From positions 11,331 through 75,330 of the IMG/VR virus record IMGVR_UViG_3300011442_000009: a stretch of DNA of 64,000 nucleotides. The stretch is one strand, 5' to 3'. This document shows positions 63,487-64,000 of this stretch, in pieces. The notes below the pieces were generated by a model. The model saw only the letters and a list, made by a program, of their open reading frames with translations. It was not told where the DNA came from and ran no database searches. Source of the stretch: a virus. Its lineage: Duplodnaviria > Caudoviricetes. Position 1 is the first letter of the stretch; each line of letters starts with the position of its first letter. The translations under genes and the position numbers were made by a program.

Positions 63487-64000
63487 AAATTTTTTCGGCG
63501 TCCGCGCGCAGCAATTCTAGTGCCAAGTGGCAATCCTGTGCCAGCCGGAGCTGGTTACTGACCTGCACTGCGCGCCGGAGCTGGGCCTTCAAAAGCCGGA
63601 TCAGAACCCGAGGGTCGTCGATCTGGCTGTTGCCTTTTGAAAATGATCGGGAAGAATCGCCGAGGAGCAGGTCCGACGTTTATCGGCTGGCCGGTGCCGG
63701 TGCGGATATCCAGATCTGCGTCGGCATACGCTGGGTTGATCGCCGGTTCGCCGGTTCGTGGTGTCATTTTTTCCTTCCTCGATTGTGTTTTTTCCATAGC
63801 CAGTTTTAATGCCTAAGCGGGGGACTTGCCCGGCCAAACCCCCCGGTCGATTTCGGCCGGTCCGGGGGCCGAAGTGTCCTGAATTTGGACGCTCGCGGGC
63901 GGCCGTTCACCACGACACGCGACGCAGCACGTGACTTCGCCGGGCGGGGGTCGCCGGTCCGGCGGTTTGAGCTCAGCCGGATGCCGGACGCGAGCCCTCA

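Noticed and set aside
63555-63797. ORF as terminase small subunit
   Set aside because: No HTH or other support and far from terL; left uncalled.

Overview
The window is most or all of a ~64 kb tailed dsDNA phage genome with podovirus-like structural genes. The host is inferred to be Verrucomicrobiota-like, from the style of its Ig and FN3 domains. It has two converging arms. The + arm (0.1-20.5 kb) carries early and replication genes: SF2 and SF1 helicases, a Cas4/DUF2800-like nuclease, a putative SSB, a SprT-like protease, family A DNA polymerase, primase-helicase, a sigma-70-type factor, a RuvC-like resolvase, a phosphoesterase and HNH endonucleases. The - arm (64-20.7 kb) carries small early genes, tRNA-Met, a short serine recombinase, terminase, portal, putative scaffold, major capsid, lysis genes, collagen and Ig fibres, tail and ejection proteins, and a 2622-aa polyvalent protein. 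Main observations: (1) a GDP-fucose synthesis (gmd, fcl) plus three-glycosyltransferase island sits between scaffold and capsid genes, bracketed by endonuclease genes, suggesting virion fucosylation; (2) the giant protein looks like a self-processing polyprotein, with an HExxH peptidase and seven xQF(M/S/T)P linkers, and one module is an end-to-end paralog of the first early gene; (3) the palindrome GTTTAAAC occurs at least 14 times; (4) a late promoter consensus TnGCRC-N16-CGACT(G/C)T mostly drives apparently leaderless mRNAs; (5) a switch-like structured RNA lies at the arm junction; (6) the tRNA-Met is initiator-like but lacks key initiator determinants. All calls come from motif reading by eye; no database searches were run.
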